A DNA stretch of 64,000 nt from Candidatus Latescibacterota bacterium (lineage in GTDB: Bacteria; Latescibacterota; UBA2968): positions 4,416,001 through 4,480,000 of the forward strand of contig OZ242195.1 of the NCBI GenBank assembly GCA_965205975.1. The letters are read 5' to 3'. Under the pieces are notes generated by a model. That model had not been told where the DNA came from and made no database searches. It was given only the letters and a program-made list of their open reading frames with translations. Both the position numbers and the translations under genes were made by a program. How positions within the stretch are numbered: the stretch's first letter is position 1; each line of letters begins with the position of its first letter. Positions 28,966 to 39,089 of the stretch are shown in pieces.

Positions 28966-29996
28966 TAGTTGCTATCTGATAGATCAATGACTTCGGCTTT
29001 GAGGGCATTGCGCCTGTTTTTGTAATCGGGTTCTGAGAGTTCGCCGTTTTCATATCGCTCGTCGAGATCGGCGATTTGTTCGAGTAGTATTGTGCGCCGA
29101 TTGGGCGTTGTTTTGAGCGTGCGCATGTACAGGACGAGGATTGCGAGTGCGACCACACTGGCTGCGGCGATCCATATTGGGGTTTGTAGATTGGATGCGA
29201 TTTCGGTTGATGAGAGTTTGATGTCGATTTGTGTGCCGGGCGCGAGTTGTTCGGCGCCAAAGCGCTGAAAGACATGATCGCCCAGGGTTATGCCGCCGAG
29301 GTCTCGAAGTACTGTTGTGGAGATGGGGGTATCAGCGGGTTGGACGAACAAGTCCATGCCTGCGGTGGGATAGGTGATGCGTTGTGCGATGCGGTTGGAC
29401 GGGGGTATGGCAAATGTGAAGAAGGTCTGGCTATTTCCGGGGATGATGGGGCGCGGATCTACGAGCAATGTGCCGTGCAGGTGTACGCCTTGCGGTGCGC
29501 GGATAAAGTCGGTTACGCCGTCGGGCAGGGGTATTTCCAGGCCGTGACCGTGGTCGCCGCCCGTGAGGTAGGTGCGGTCACCGTGGTTGTGGACGATGAA
29601 AATGTATGTGACTGTGCCAGCCTGGGCGTCGAGGAGGATGTGGTGTGAAGATAGGGATATGGCGGTGTCGGATTCCGTGGTTTCAAATACGGGAATGTCA
29701 ACGGTGTCGCCCGCGGGTGCCGGATTGCCGGGATAGTCTATGCCGTTGTATCGGGCGAATAGCATGGGCGGTGGTTCAGCACCCGGGTCTGAGGGCACGT
29801 CGAGGATGAATTGGCCTTTGCTGTCGGTGGTGTCGCGCACTACGGTGACGTCTCCAGTCTCATGGAGGATGTACGAGACTTCGACATCGGGTTCGGGACG
29901 GTTGAGGGTCTGGTTGATGACATGCCCCTTGAGCGCGAAGATAGGGGTGGAGATAAGTAGTGTGAGGAATGCAATGAGGGATATAAATGGTTGCAT
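28965..29996 (-). CDS. Ccm-cluster-associated exported protein with C-terminal TM anchor
   Basis: Signal peptide, TTDSKGQF beta domain, TM, IADLDERYENGELSEPDY tail. Confidence 0.7.
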   Translation of the reverse strand: MQPFISLIAFLTLLISTPIFALKGHVINQTLNRPEPDVEVSYILHETGDVTVVRDTTDSKGQFILDVPSDPGAEPPPMLFARYNGIDYPGNPAPAGDTVDIPVFETTESDTAISLSSHHILLDAQAGTVTYIFIVHNHGDRTYLTGGDHGHGLEIPLPDGVTDFIRAPQGVHLHGTLLVDPRPIIPGNSQTFFTFAIPPSNRIAQRITYPTAGMDLFVQPADTPISTTVLRDLGGITLGDHVFQRFGAEQLAPGTQIDIKLSSTEIASNLQTPIWIAAASVVALAILVLYMRTLKTTPNRRTILLEQIADLDERYENGELSEPDYKNRRNALKAEVIDLSDSN

Positions 29997-30015
29997 TTTG
30001 TTCTCGCGTTTCCAG

Positions 30016-30285
30016 TCACGCATCTAACATGCGCTGAAATGCCTCGAGATTGGGCACCTGTATCGCCGCACGGTGCAACTGCTTGAGGCGTTGCAAATCG
30101 TCTATGGCGGCAATGCGAGTGGATAGGGGGTGTGTCTCGGGCATATCAAATCGGATCTCCAACACATCGAGAAGATCTTCAATGGCACGTTGCCTGCCTC
30201 CCTGCTCAATACCTTGCTCAATACCTTCCTCTATGCCTTCTCGCTTAAAGTATTGAATAAGGGATGATTCGCGGATCAGATCCAT
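30016..30285 (-). CDS. Rpn/YhgA-like C-terminal domain only (remnant or small protein)
   Basis: AAGGAGG RBS; MDLIRESS, EGIEEGIEQGIEQG repeats, VLEIRF, IDDLQRLKQL. Confidence 0.7.
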   Translation of the reverse strand: MDLIRESSLIQYFKREGIEEGIEQGIEQGGRQRAIEDLLDVLEIRFDMPETHPLSTRIAAIDDLQRLKQLHRAAIQVPNLEAFQRMLDA

Positions 30286-30555
30286 GATGCCCTCCTTTAT
30301 TATGTCTTCAATATGCTGTATTGTGCCCTTTTTTACAACCTGAATTTGTGGTTCGCCCGTTTGGTGCAGAACAATATCGTGTACATTTTGAGCGATGAAT
30401 GGGCAGTTATGTGAAAGATATGTGTCGCTTGACCAAGTGGTGGTGGTTCTTGCGTAACGTCCCATAAATTCTGATAAACAACAAAGGCTACGTCTTCCGA
30501 GGCGTAGCCTTTTCTCATTTCCTACTTCGGCACTATTTTATATGCTTCACGCCTT

Positions 30556-30936
30556 TCATCCGCTGCGTTTTTTTCGGGTGCGGCGAATGGCGGCGATTTC
30601 ACTTTCTATCTGGTCGGAGATTCCCTGCGGTTTGGGCGTGGGACGGTCTGCCTGGCTGGAGGCTTTGTCGAGGGATTTGATGAGTTCTACGGCCTGTGCT
30701 GTATAGCGGGCGCGGGTTTGCCGGTAGTCGTCTTCTTCGACTTTTCCCATGCGATGGTCAAAGTCGAGTTCGCGGATGGCTTCATAGACCATGTCGCGCT
30801 GTTCAATCAGTTCGCGGCGTCGCGCTTCTCTGCGGGAGATCTGGCTGATGGTGCTGGTATCGCGGGGGTCAAATAGGGGTGTGAATATGAAGATCAGAAC
30901 GCCCGCTGCGATGAGGATAAAAGCGGCAATGATCAT
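30556..30936 (-). CDS. CcmI N-terminal-like small membrane protein
   Basis: N-terminal TM; AIRELDFDHRMGKVEEDDY. Confidence 0.7.
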   Translation of the reverse strand: MIIAAFILIAAGVLIFIFTPLFDPRDTSTISQISRREARRRELIEQRDMVYEAIRELDFDHRMGKVEEDDYRQTRARYTAQAVELIKSLDKASSQADRPTPKPQGISDQIESEIAAIRRTRKKRSG

Positions 30937-31394
30937 TACTCTCGCTCCTTGAGGTCGCTTTCGAGGCGATCGAGGTACGGGTCATCGCGCGCGGGTTGTG
31001 CGGCTGGTGTGGCGGGACTTTTTGTTTTTGACCAGGCGCGCAGTACGCTGCGTACTGCGAAGAATCCGATGAGGAGAACGAGGGGTGGCATAAGCCATGC
31101 CGTGAGGTTGAAGCCTTTGGCTGGCGGTTTGGAGAGGATTTCCAGGCCAAATTCGCTGATATAAGCATCGACAATGGCCTGCGGCGTTTGACCGTCGGCC
31201 AGCATTTTTTTGATGCGTTCGTGCTGTTGTTGTGCATATCCGCAGATGCATTCGTCCAGTGGTCTGCGCGGGCAGTCGCCGCACAGGCAGGCGAGTTCTT
31301 TGCCGACTTCTTTGATCTGTTCCCGGGTCACTTCGGCGTGGGTGGGGATTGCGGAGAGGAAAAAGAATATTGGGATCAGGATTGCGGGCTTCAT
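30936..31394 (-). CDS. ccmH: Cytochrome c biogenesis protein CcmH/CcmL
   Basis: ELACLCGDC, FGLEILSKPP, AWLMP. Confidence 0.85.
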   Translation of the reverse strand: MKPAILIPIFFFLSAIPTHAEVTREQIKEVGKELACLCGDCPRRPLDECICGYAQQQHERIKKMLADGQTPQAIVDAYISEFGLEILSKPPAKGFNLTAWLMPPLVLLIGFFAVRSVLRAWSKTKSPATPAAQPARDDPYLDRLESDLKERE

Positions 31395-33376
31395 GCCATC
31401 GCCTCCCGCATTTGCAATGCCTGTTTTTCGCGCTTGTCGGGCCACATGACGACGATGGTGCCGATTGTGATTATCCACGCGCCTATCCAGACCCACATGA
31501 CGAGGGGGTTGATGTACAGGTGAAAGAGGGCGACTTCTTCGCCGTCTCGCATGTCAACGCCCTGGTAGAGTGCGTAGAGGTCTTCTCGCAAGTTGGATCG
31601 AATGGCGACTTCTGTGGTGCTTTGTTGATCTTGTCGCTTGTAATAGACTTTCTGGTGGGGCCACATGGTGCCCAATCGCTGTCCGTGTTTATAGACGCCG
31701 AGTTGGGCGACGATGTCCGCGGTGAGTGGGTTGACGGATTCGGTAATGCCTTCATACGTGAGGGTGTAGGGTCCGATGTCGGTGGATTCCATGTATTTGA
31801 GTTCGACCTGGGAATCTTTGTTGAACGCATTGCCGGTGAATCCGATGAAGAGCAGGACCACGCCAAAGTGGATGATATAACCGCCGTATCGACGGCGATT
31901 TCGCCGGGTGAGATTGACGATGGCGCGGAGATAGGATTCGCCAGAACTGCTGCCGCGCGCCCGTGCGCCGCGGTGAAATTCGGTGATGATAGTGCCTGTG
32001 ACAAAGCCGCAGAAGAGGAAGGAGATGATGGCGTAGATGTCGCGTACGCCGAGGGCGATGGCGACAAAGCCGCAGATTAGCCCCAGGATGCTCGATCCCG
32101 TGAAGTGTTTTCTCAGGCTTTTACCCGAGGTGCGCCGCCAGGCGAGCAGCGGACCTATGCCCGTGAGTACGAGCAGGAGCAGGCCAATGGGTACCATGAC
32201 GGTGTTGAAGTAGGGGGGACCTACGGTGATTTTGTCACCGGTAACGGCTTCGGAGATTACGGGAAACATGACGCCCCAGAAGACGGCGAATGTGGCGGTG
32301 AGAAAGAGCAGGTTGTTGAGTAAAAATCCGCCTTCGCGCGAGATGGGGGATTCGTATTGGGTTCTGGTTTTGAGAAGGTCCAGGCGCGAGACGAGGAGGA
32401 GGCTTGAGAAGATGACGATCAGGACGACGAGGACGCCAAACCAGGGTCCAATGGGAGACTGGGCAAACGCGTGTACGGAGGATACGACGCCACTTCGGGT
32501 TAGGAAGGTGCCGTAGATGCACAGGGTGTAGGTGGCGATGATGAGGACCATGTTCCAGATTTTGAGCATGCCTTTTTTTTCTTGTATCATGACGGAGTGC
32601 AAAAAGGCCGTGCCGGTCAGCCAGGGCAAGAGGGCGGCGTTTTCGACCGGGTCCCAGCCCCAGTATCCGCCCCAGCCGAGTACGACATAAGCCCATTTGC
32701 CGCCGAGGAGCTGGCCCGTGCCCAGGAAGAACCAGGCGAGGAGGGTCCAGCGGCGGGTGGTGCGAATCCATTCTTCGTCGATTCGTCTGGATAAGAGGGC
32801 GGCCATTGCAAAGGCAAAGGGTACGGTAAAGCCGACATAGCCGTGATAGAGCATGGGGGGGTGGATGGCCATGACGGGATGGACGAGCAAGGGATTCATG
32901 CCGGTTCCATCGGGCAGGGCGCGCGGCATGGTGACAAATGGATTTTCGTGGATGCATATCAACGCGAGGAAGAAGGTCAGCGTGAAGGACATGATGGCTG
33001 TGGCATAAGAGGCGAGGGGTCCGCGAAAGGCGCGGGTTTTGATGACGGCAAAAAATATGAATCCGGATAGGATCAATGCCCAGAGCAGGAGCGATCCCTG
33101 CATGCCGGACCAGACGGCTGTGAATTTGTAACCGGTGGGCAGGTCGCGGCTGGAGTGGGTGGCGATGTAATGGACATCGAAGCGGTCTGTGAGGAAGAGC
33201 ACTTCGAGAATGGCCATGGCTGAGAGACAGAGTACAAAACCCGTGAGGACCGCGCGTTCCGTGCTCAGTATAAGGCCCATTCGCCGGGTTTTGGCAGCCA
33301 AAATTGCGGCGATGACCGCATAAGCCGAGGTGAATAGGGCGAGGTAGAGAAGAAAATTGCCGAGTTGTGGGAGCAT
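31391..33376 (-). CDS. ccmF: Heme lyase CcmF
   Basis: HPPMLY, WGGYWGWDPVEN, LTRSG, SVHAF. Confidence 0.96.
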   Translation of the reverse strand: MLPQLGNFLLYLALFTSAYAVIAAILAAKTRRMGLILSTERAVLTGFVLCLSAMAILEVLFLTDRFDVHYIATHSSRDLPTGYKFTAVWSGMQGSLLLWALILSGFIFFAVIKTRAFRGPLASYATAIMSFTLTFFLALICIHENPFVTMPRALPDGTGMNPLLVHPVMAIHPPMLYHGYVGFTVPFAFAMAALLSRRIDEEWIRTTRRWTLLAWFFLGTGQLLGGKWAYVVLGWGGYWGWDPVENAALLPWLTGTAFLHSVMIQEKKGMLKIWNMVLIIATYTLCIYGTFLTRSGVVSSVHAFAQSPIGPWFGVLVVLIVIFSSLLLVSRLDLLKTRTQYESPISREGGFLLNNLLFLTATFAVFWGVMFPVISEAVTGDKITVGPPYFNTVMVPIGLLLLVLTGIGPLLAWRRTSGKSLRKHFTGSSILGLICGFVAIALGVRDIYAIISFLFCGFVTGTIITEFHRGARARGSSSGESYLRAIVNLTRRNRRRYGGYIIHFGVVLLFIGFTGNAFNKDSQVELKYMESTDIGPYTLTYEGITESVNPLTADIVAQLGVYKHGQRLGTMWPHQKVYYKRQDQQSTTEVAIRSNLREDLYALYQGVDMRDGEEVALFHLYINPLVMWVWIGAWIITIGTIVVMWPDKREKQALQMREAMA

Positions 33377-33392
33377 GTGTTCGGGCCTTGTG

Positions 33393-33887
33393 TTATCGGG
33401 ACAGGACTTCCTCTGCGGTCAATGACAGCAAACTCTTCAACGTGTCTGTTGTTAGCTTTGAACTCAACATTTTTTGCAACTGATCGCGAAATTCCTGTTC
33501 GCTGTTGCATTCAGATAGTTCATCATCTTTGTCGCCAAGATCATAAGACAGGACAAGTGGATAGTAGTCTCGCAGTGGATAGGGATAGATCACCGTAACT
33601 ATATCCAGATGATAGTCTTTTAGTGACGGAACTGTGATGGCAAGGGTTGAGCAGAGTTTTTGTTCCAATTCACCTCTTGTAGCAGTCGAGCGGAGTTTTT
33701 GTTCCAGCCCACTTGCATCATCATAGCGGCGGTCGAGTGTTTCTCCCAGTCCCTTTGTAGCAACCGATGCTCTGATCCGTGGCGCGGTTCTTTCGTTGAG
33801 AGCACTTGCCTGCTCCTGCAGTATCTGGACAGGTGTCATCTGCTCAGTAGTAAGTTGGAGGTCGCCCCAGTAGTCTGGTGTTACCAT
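33393..33887 (-). CDS. Hypothetical protein inserted in ccm cluster
   Basis: ORF with RBS; TPVQILQEQASAL; short internal duplication LEQKL.ST. Confidence 0.6.
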   Translation of the reverse strand: MVTPDYWGDLQLTTEQMTPVQILQEQASALNERTAPRIRASVATKGLGETLDRRYDDASGLEQKLRSTATRGELEQKLCSTLAITVPSLKDYHLDIVTVIYPYPLRDYYPLVLSYDLGDKDDELSECNSEQEFRDQLQKMLSSKLTTDTLKSLLSLTAEEVLSR

Positions 33888-33909
33888 CTCAAAACACTCC
33901 TCAATGTTG

Positions 33910-34083
33910 CTACCGCTCAATAGGGATCAACAGCTTCTTAGGTCCCGGATTTAGCACTGGACGGTCAGATTCCCGTTCGCGCTTGCGGAGTGCTTGAACA
34001 ATGCGTCCAAGGTCATTCCCATGTTCAGCAGTATGTGCCCTACGGTGCTGACGAATTTCCTCAACAATAGGATCTTTAATCAT
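33910..34083 (-). CDS. Small partner protein of the PIN gene
   Basis: MIKDPIVEEIRQHRR...HGNDLGRIV; overlaps PIN stop. Confidence 0.7.
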   Translation of the reverse strand: MIKDPIVEEIRQHRRAHTAEHGNDLGRIVQALRKRERESDRPVLNPGPKKLLIPIER

Positions 34084-34558
34084 CAGAAGTTCCTCCGAGT
34101 TCTTCGGGTGAACAGATTTGTGGACATACAAATCCTCGCGATTCTACAACCCTTGCAATAGCCGATTTCGTCTCGGCATTGTTAATATGGCGAAAATTCC
34201 AGGTCAGGAGGAAATCTGCGCCCTGAGCAGCAGCAATGGCGATGTGCAATGCATCGTCCGCACTCCCGCCAGGAATAGCACCTTCATCCAGCAACTGTCT
34301 TGCCAGTTCGGTCGCCTCGTCAGATATTCCCAAGCTCGCAATCTCGGCTACCCAACTCAGACGGCGTTTGGCCGCATCGTCGTCCCCACGGCCAATCTCT
34401 TCTTCAACCAGTGTAGAAATACGAAGATTAAACCGGTGTCTGTGGTTGCGCCACCAATCGTGCGAGATCGCTTGTCGAGCCGCCACGATTACGTCTCGAC
34501 TGGGCCGCGATGCTAAATAGCTGATTACAGATGATTCAATGTAGATCGAAGATTTCAA
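34076..34558 (-). CDS. PIN-domain (VapC-like) protein
   Basis: IYIESSVISY, DDALHIA, LLTWNFRH, ICSPEEL. Confidence 0.88.
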   Translation of the reverse strand: MKSSIYIESSVISYLASRPSRDVIVAARQAISHDWWRNHRHRFNLRISTLVEEEIGRGDDDAAKRRLSWVAEIASLGISDEATELARQLLDEGAIPGGSADDALHIAIAAAQGADFLLTWNFRHINNAETKSAIARVVESRGFVCPQICSPEELGGTSDD

Positions 34559-34625
34559 GGATCCTCAATCCTATGTGTTTTGTCGGTGTAGTCTGGGAAG
34601 CGATTTAGCTCCCAGCGCTCTTAGT

Positions 34626-35063
34626 CTATTCATACGACGCTTTGATTTCTTCGTAGCTCTGGCTTTCGTATTTGGAAGGGCATTTGGCGAGCATGTTGTC
34701 GGCTACGAAGATGCCGTTGGGTCCGATTTCGCCTTCGAGTACGACATCGGCTTCGTCTCGGAAGGTATCGGGGACGACGCCGCTGTAGCGGATGGTGCGT
34801 TTGTTGGAAGAGGGGTCCTGGTCGATGAGGTCAGAGATTTCAAATTCAACGGTGCGGTTGCCGTCTCGGTAGGTGATGGTGCCAGGGATGACTTTGCCAG
34901 CGAGTTTGAAGCGGGTGTTGGCAAATTCGGTTTCGCGCGCTTCCAGTTCGGAGACGGTGAGGTAATACAGCGACATTTTTTCAGAGCTGTACACGATCAT
35001 GGTGAGCAAGCTGGCGACGATGACGGCAAATCCGGCGATGAATTTTATTTTTTTGGTGGTCAT
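34626..35063 (-). CDS. ccmE: Heme chaperone CcmE, Cys (CxxxY) variant
   Basis: YSGVVPDTF, LAKCPSKY. Confidence 0.93.
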   Translation of the reverse strand: MTTKKIKFIAGFAVIVASLLTMIVYSSEKMSLYYLTVSELEARETEFANTRFKLAGKVIPGTITYRDGNRTVEFEISDLIDQDPSSNKRTIRYSGVVPDTFRDEADVVLEGEIGPNGIFVADNMLAKCPSKYESQSYEEIKASYE

Positions 35064-35139
35064 TTCAATCTCCGCGCTTTTTGGCTACCAATGGGGGTCT
35101 CAGAAAATTAAAGATAGATAAGTCCCCCTAAATCCACAA

Positions 35140-36006
35140 CTATTTTAAGCCCAATTGTGCGCGGTAGGCGATGTCTTCAACTTTGTTTTTGTTCCAGTAG
35201 TCGATCATTGTAGCGTGCGTTTTGCGCGCTGTGGTCGTGGTCCAGCGACCCCGGCGTTGCGTGGATTCTTCCCAGCCGAGGATGGCGTGGGGATAGTTTT
35301 TTTCAAAGGTTATGGCGAGTTTGCGGCCGATAGAGGTGTAGGTGAGGGTGTAAACCGAGGTCTCGTCGTCTGCAGTGAGTTCCGCATTGGCGGTCTGGAC
35401 ATCGGGGAGGGTGTGTGTCAGGCGCTGGAATAGCATGCTGGGGATGATCTGGATTTCACCTGTGGGCAAGCGCTCGGGTGCCAGTCGGATGCGCGTCCAG
35501 ATTTCGTCTTCGAGGATGGCGCTGGGCAATGTGAGGTCGCGGTCGCCATCGCTTTGGAAATAAGATCGCAGTGTGGCTTTGTATTTGCCTTCGCGATGGT
35601 TTATTTGGGCAAAGGTATGTCCGCACCATTCCTGGGCTGTGGTGGTGACTTTGAGTGTGCGCATTTGGTCGGGTGCCACGGGTGTGAATACAGAGGTCAT
35701 GAGGGAGTAGGGATAAAGGCCCGTTGTAAATTGGCGCATGGCGTTGAGTTTGAGTACGGAGGTGCTCGGCCCGTCGCCGCGTTCGTGCTTTACGTGTTTG
35801 TCTGTGAGAAAGTTCTCGGTTACGAAGATGAGGACGGCGTCGCCATCATAAACATCGCGGTATTGCGCCTGTTTGAGTTCATAGCGGGTGATTTCCGCGA
35901 GTCCGGCGTACCATTGTTTTTTGAATGCGTCATCCCAGGGTTTTACTTCTGCATGGGTCGGGGCGATGAAGATGATGGTGAAAAATATGGTGATTAAGTG
36001 TCGCAT
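35140..36006 (-). CDS. Conserved secreted hypothetical protein
   Basis: Signal peptide; LIFVTE, QEWCGH; GGAG RBS. Confidence 0.7.
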   Translation of the reverse strand: MRHLITIFFTIIFIAPTHAEVKPWDDAFKKQWYAGLAEITRYELKQAQYRDVYDGDAVLIFVTENFLTDKHVKHERGDGPSTSVLKLNAMRQFTTGLYPYSLMTSVFTPVAPDQMRTLKVTTTAQEWCGHTFAQINHREGKYKATLRSYFQSDGDRDLTLPSAILEDEIWTRIRLAPERLPTGEIQIIPSMLFQRLTHTLPDVQTANAELTADDETSVYTLTYTSIGRKLAITFEKNYPHAILGWEESTQRRGRWTTTTARKTHATMIDYWNKNKVEDIAYRAQLGLK

Positions 36007-36105
36007 GGCGTGCTCCTGTTGAGGGAAACGGGTGGCGCTACGTGGTGTAAGTTGTATATTGGTACAGATGTTAAGCAGGCATGAATATAACTACGGAGCC
36101 ATAAT

Positions 36106-37602
36106 ATGCGACCGAATTTTTTGATTTTTTGCGTGGATCAGATGCAGGCTTATTGCATGGGTTGCAGTGGACATCCGGATGTACAGACGCCCAATCTGGA
36201 TCGTCTGGCACAGGATGGGGTTTTGTTTCGCCGCAATTATTGCTCGCATCCGGTGTGTCAGCCGTCGCGGGCTTCTTTGATTACCGGATTGACGCCTTCT
36301 CAACACGGGTTGATACAAAATGGCATGAGTTTGTCCGAAGAGATGCCGACTGTGACCGGGGCGTTGTCCGAGGCGGGGTATCGCACGCATGCGGCGGGTA
36401 AGTTGCATTTGCAGCCTTTTTCGGGCGGTGATTCCTGGGAGAACCGATATCGGTGGTACAGCGGTGAGGTGACCCATTTGCCCGAGGGGTATTACGGTTT
36501 TGGCGAGACGGATTATGTGGGTGGGCATGTGAATTACGTTTGTGGGGATTATCGAAATTGGTTGGAAAAAGAATATCCGGATGTCGCGCAAAAGGATCAT
36601 CCGGAAGACGGTCCTTCAACATGTGTTCCTTATGCTCAGTTTTCGGCGTATCAGAATTTTGGCTACCAGACCTGGAAGATTGATCAAATTCCGGCTGAGT
36701 TGCATTACAATCACTGGATTGCAGATCGCACGATGGCTTTTATAGATGGTTTGGACGCGGGTGAAAATTTTTTTGCGTGGTGTTCTTTTCCGGATCCGCA
36801 CCATCCTTTTGTGGCTTGCAAGCCGTATAGTGAAATGTATGATCCCGGGGCTTTAACCCTGCCGGAGACGTTTGTTGTTGACGAAGATCCAGATCCTGAT
36901 AGTTTGCTGCGGAGGGTTGGTCCCGCCTGGTTTAATGGCGATGAGGCGGATTTGCGGCAGGTGATGGCGCAGACTTATGGTATGATTTCGCATATTGATG
37001 ATAATGTGGGGCGCGCGATTGATTTTTTGCAGGCGAAGGGGTTGTACGATCATACGGTTGTTGCTTTTATTGCAGATCACGGCGAGTATCTGGGGGCACA
37101 CCATTTATGGCACAAGACGCCCTATCAGTGGGAGGAGTTGCTGCGCGTGCCGTATATTTGGCGGGTGCCTGGGGGACAGACGGGTGTTTGCGATGATGTG
37201 GTGAGTAATTTAGATTTTGTGCCTACTGTGCTGGATTATGCGGGGATAGATCAAGTTTCTATGCGATTTCGGCGCGAGGATTGGGCTGTTGAGGGTTTTG
37301 AGTTGCCCGGGCGTTCGTTGAGAGGTTCTATTAATGATGGCGCGGATATGTCCGACCGCGCGGCTTTGGTGGAGATGGGGTCCATGCGGACGTTGATTAC
37401 AGAGCGCTATAAAATTGTGGTGGATGCTTCGGGTATCGGGCATAATGTGCTGGTGGATCTGGAGAATGATCCACGCGAGAAAGTAAATTTGTGGGATCGT
37501 TCGGAGGCGCGGGATGTGAAGGCGGATCTTTTGACGCGTTTGATGCGGGAGTGTATTCGCTGTACGCGTGTGGATAATCCCAAAATTACACCTGGTGCAT
37601 GA
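36106..37602 (+). CDS. Sulfatase
   Basis: CQPSR, GKLH, PDPHHP, ADHG. Confidence 0.93.
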   Translation: MRPNFLIFCVDQMQAYCMGCSGHPDVQTPNLDRLAQDGVLFRRNYCSHPVCQPSRASLITGLTPSQHGLIQNGMSLSEEMPTVTGALSEAGYRTHAAGKLHLQPFSGGDSWENRYRWYSGEVTHLPEGYYGFGETDYVGGHVNYVCGDYRNWLEKEYPDVAQKDHPEDGPSTCVPYAQFSAYQNFGYQTWKIDQIPAELHYNHWIADRTMAFIDGLDAGENFFAWCSFPDPHHPFVACKPYSEMYDPGALTLPETFVVDEDPDPDSLLRRVGPAWFNGDEADLRQVMAQTYGMISHIDDNVGRAIDFLQAKGLYDHTVVAFIADHGEYLGAHHLWHKTPYQWEELLRVPYIWRVPGGQTGVCDDVVSNLDFVPTVLDYAGIDQVSMRFRREDWAVEGFELPGRSLRGSINDGADMSDRAALVEMGSMRTLITERYKIVVDASGIGHNVLVDLENDPREKVNLWDRSEARDVKADLLTRLMRECIRCTRVDNPKITPGA

Positions 37603-37633
37603 TATCGGGTATTTTTCAAATAGAGGAGATGCT

Positions 37634-39040
37634 ATGGCTAACAAACCAAATGTTATTGTCTTTTTTACGGATCAACAGCGCTGGGATTGTATGGCAGCGC
37701 ATGGTAATCCATTGGGTATTACGCCCAATCTGGATCGCGCGGCGCAGCACGGAACACATGTGTACAATAGTTTTACGTGTCAGCCTGTGTGCGGTCCGGC
37801 GCGTTCGTGTTTGCAGACGGGGATGTACGCGAGTGAGACGGGTGTGTATCGCAATGGGGTTGCGCTGAATCCGGATCACAAGACGCTTGCGCATTGTTTT
37901 AATGATGCGGGTTATCACACGGGATATATTGGGAAGTGGCATCTGGCGACGAGTGGACGCGGTTCTGTGCCCGTAGAAGCGCGTGGCGGGTACCAGTACT
38001 GGCTCGCGGCAAATGCGCTGGAGGGGACGTCTGATACGTATGATTGCGTTGTTTATGACAATGATAATCAGGAGGTGAAGTTGCCCGGTTATCGGGTCGA
38101 TGCGCTGACGGATGCGGCGATTCGGTATGTGGATGAACATCAGAGCGATCCCTTTTATCTGTTTATTTCTTTTTTGGAACCGCATCACCAGAATCATCTG
38201 GACGATTATCCGCCGCCGGATGGGTATCGCGAGATGTATGCGGGACGATGGACACCGCCCGATCTGGCGGGATTGCCCACGCATCCGTCTGCTGAAGGTG
38301 AGTATCCCGGCGCGGTTCCCACGGGGGGGAGTACGCAGCAGCATTTGGGTGGGTACTGGGGTATGATCAAGCGTTTGGATGAGGCTTATGGGCGTTTGCT
38401 CGATTCCCTGAAGAGTTTGGGGCTGTTAGAGGATACGATTGTGCTGTTCACTTCTGATCACGCCTGCCATTTTCGCACCCGCAATAAGGAATACAAGCGT
38501 TCGTGTCACGAGAGTTCTATCCGCACGCCAACGGTGTTGACGGGTGGCCCGTTTACAGGAGGGGGCACGTTGGGCGAGTTGGTGAGTCTGGTAGATTTGC
38601 CGCCGACGCTGTTGGATGGTGCCGGGTTGGAGATTCCCGATCAGATGTCGGGGCGTTCCGTGCTTCCCATTTTGGGCGGTGGTGGGAAATCACTTGCAGA
38701 TCCCTGGCCGGATGATGTGTTCGTGCAGATTTCAGAGAGTGGTATTGGTCGCGCTGTTCGCACAAAGCGATGGAAGTACGCGGTCCAAAGCGATGCGGTG
38801 CCGCCCGGTGCAGAGGGTGCGAAAAGTTATGAGGAGGCGTATCTCTACGATCTGGAGGCAGATCCGTACGAGTTGCGCAATTTGATTGGCTATGAAAGCC
38901 ACCGTCCGGTTGCAGATCGAATGAAGGCGCGGTTGTTGGGCTATATTCGGGATGTTGAGGGGTATGTTCCCGAGATTGTGGATGCGAAAGAACGACAAGG
39001 CGGTCAACGGCGGGTGTCCGATGTAGAGGTTGAGAGTTAA
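37634..39040 (+). CDS. Sulfatase
   Basis: DQQR, CGPAR, GKWH, SDH. Confidence 0.93.
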   Translation: MANKPNVIVFFTDQQRWDCMAAHGNPLGITPNLDRAAQHGTHVYNSFTCQPVCGPARSCLQTGMYASETGVYRNGVALNPDHKTLAHCFNDAGYHTGYIGKWHLATSGRGSVPVEARGGYQYWLAANALEGTSDTYDCVVYDNDNQEVKLPGYRVDALTDAAIRYVDEHQSDPFYLFISFLEPHHQNHLDDYPPPDGYREMYAGRWTPPDLAGLPTHPSAEGEYPGAVPTGGSTQQHLGGYWGMIKRLDEAYGRLLDSLKSLGLLEDTIVLFTSDHACHFRTRNKEYKRSCHESSIRTPTVLTGGPFTGGGTLGELVSLVDLPPTLLDGAGLEIPDQMSGRSVLPILGGGGKSLADPWPDDVFVQISESGIGRAVRTKRWKYAVQSDAVPPGAEGAKSYEEAYLYDLEADPYELRNLIGYESHRPVADRMKARLLGYIRDVEGYVPEIVDAKERQGGQRRVSDVEVES

Positions 39041-39089
39041 AAATTAAGGAACGGTATAACTGCCTTAGCAGTTTATTGGGATGTGAGGG

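Noticed and set aside
30333..30518. 61-aa minus-strand ORF
   Set aside because: No recognisable motifs; cannot be supported as a gene
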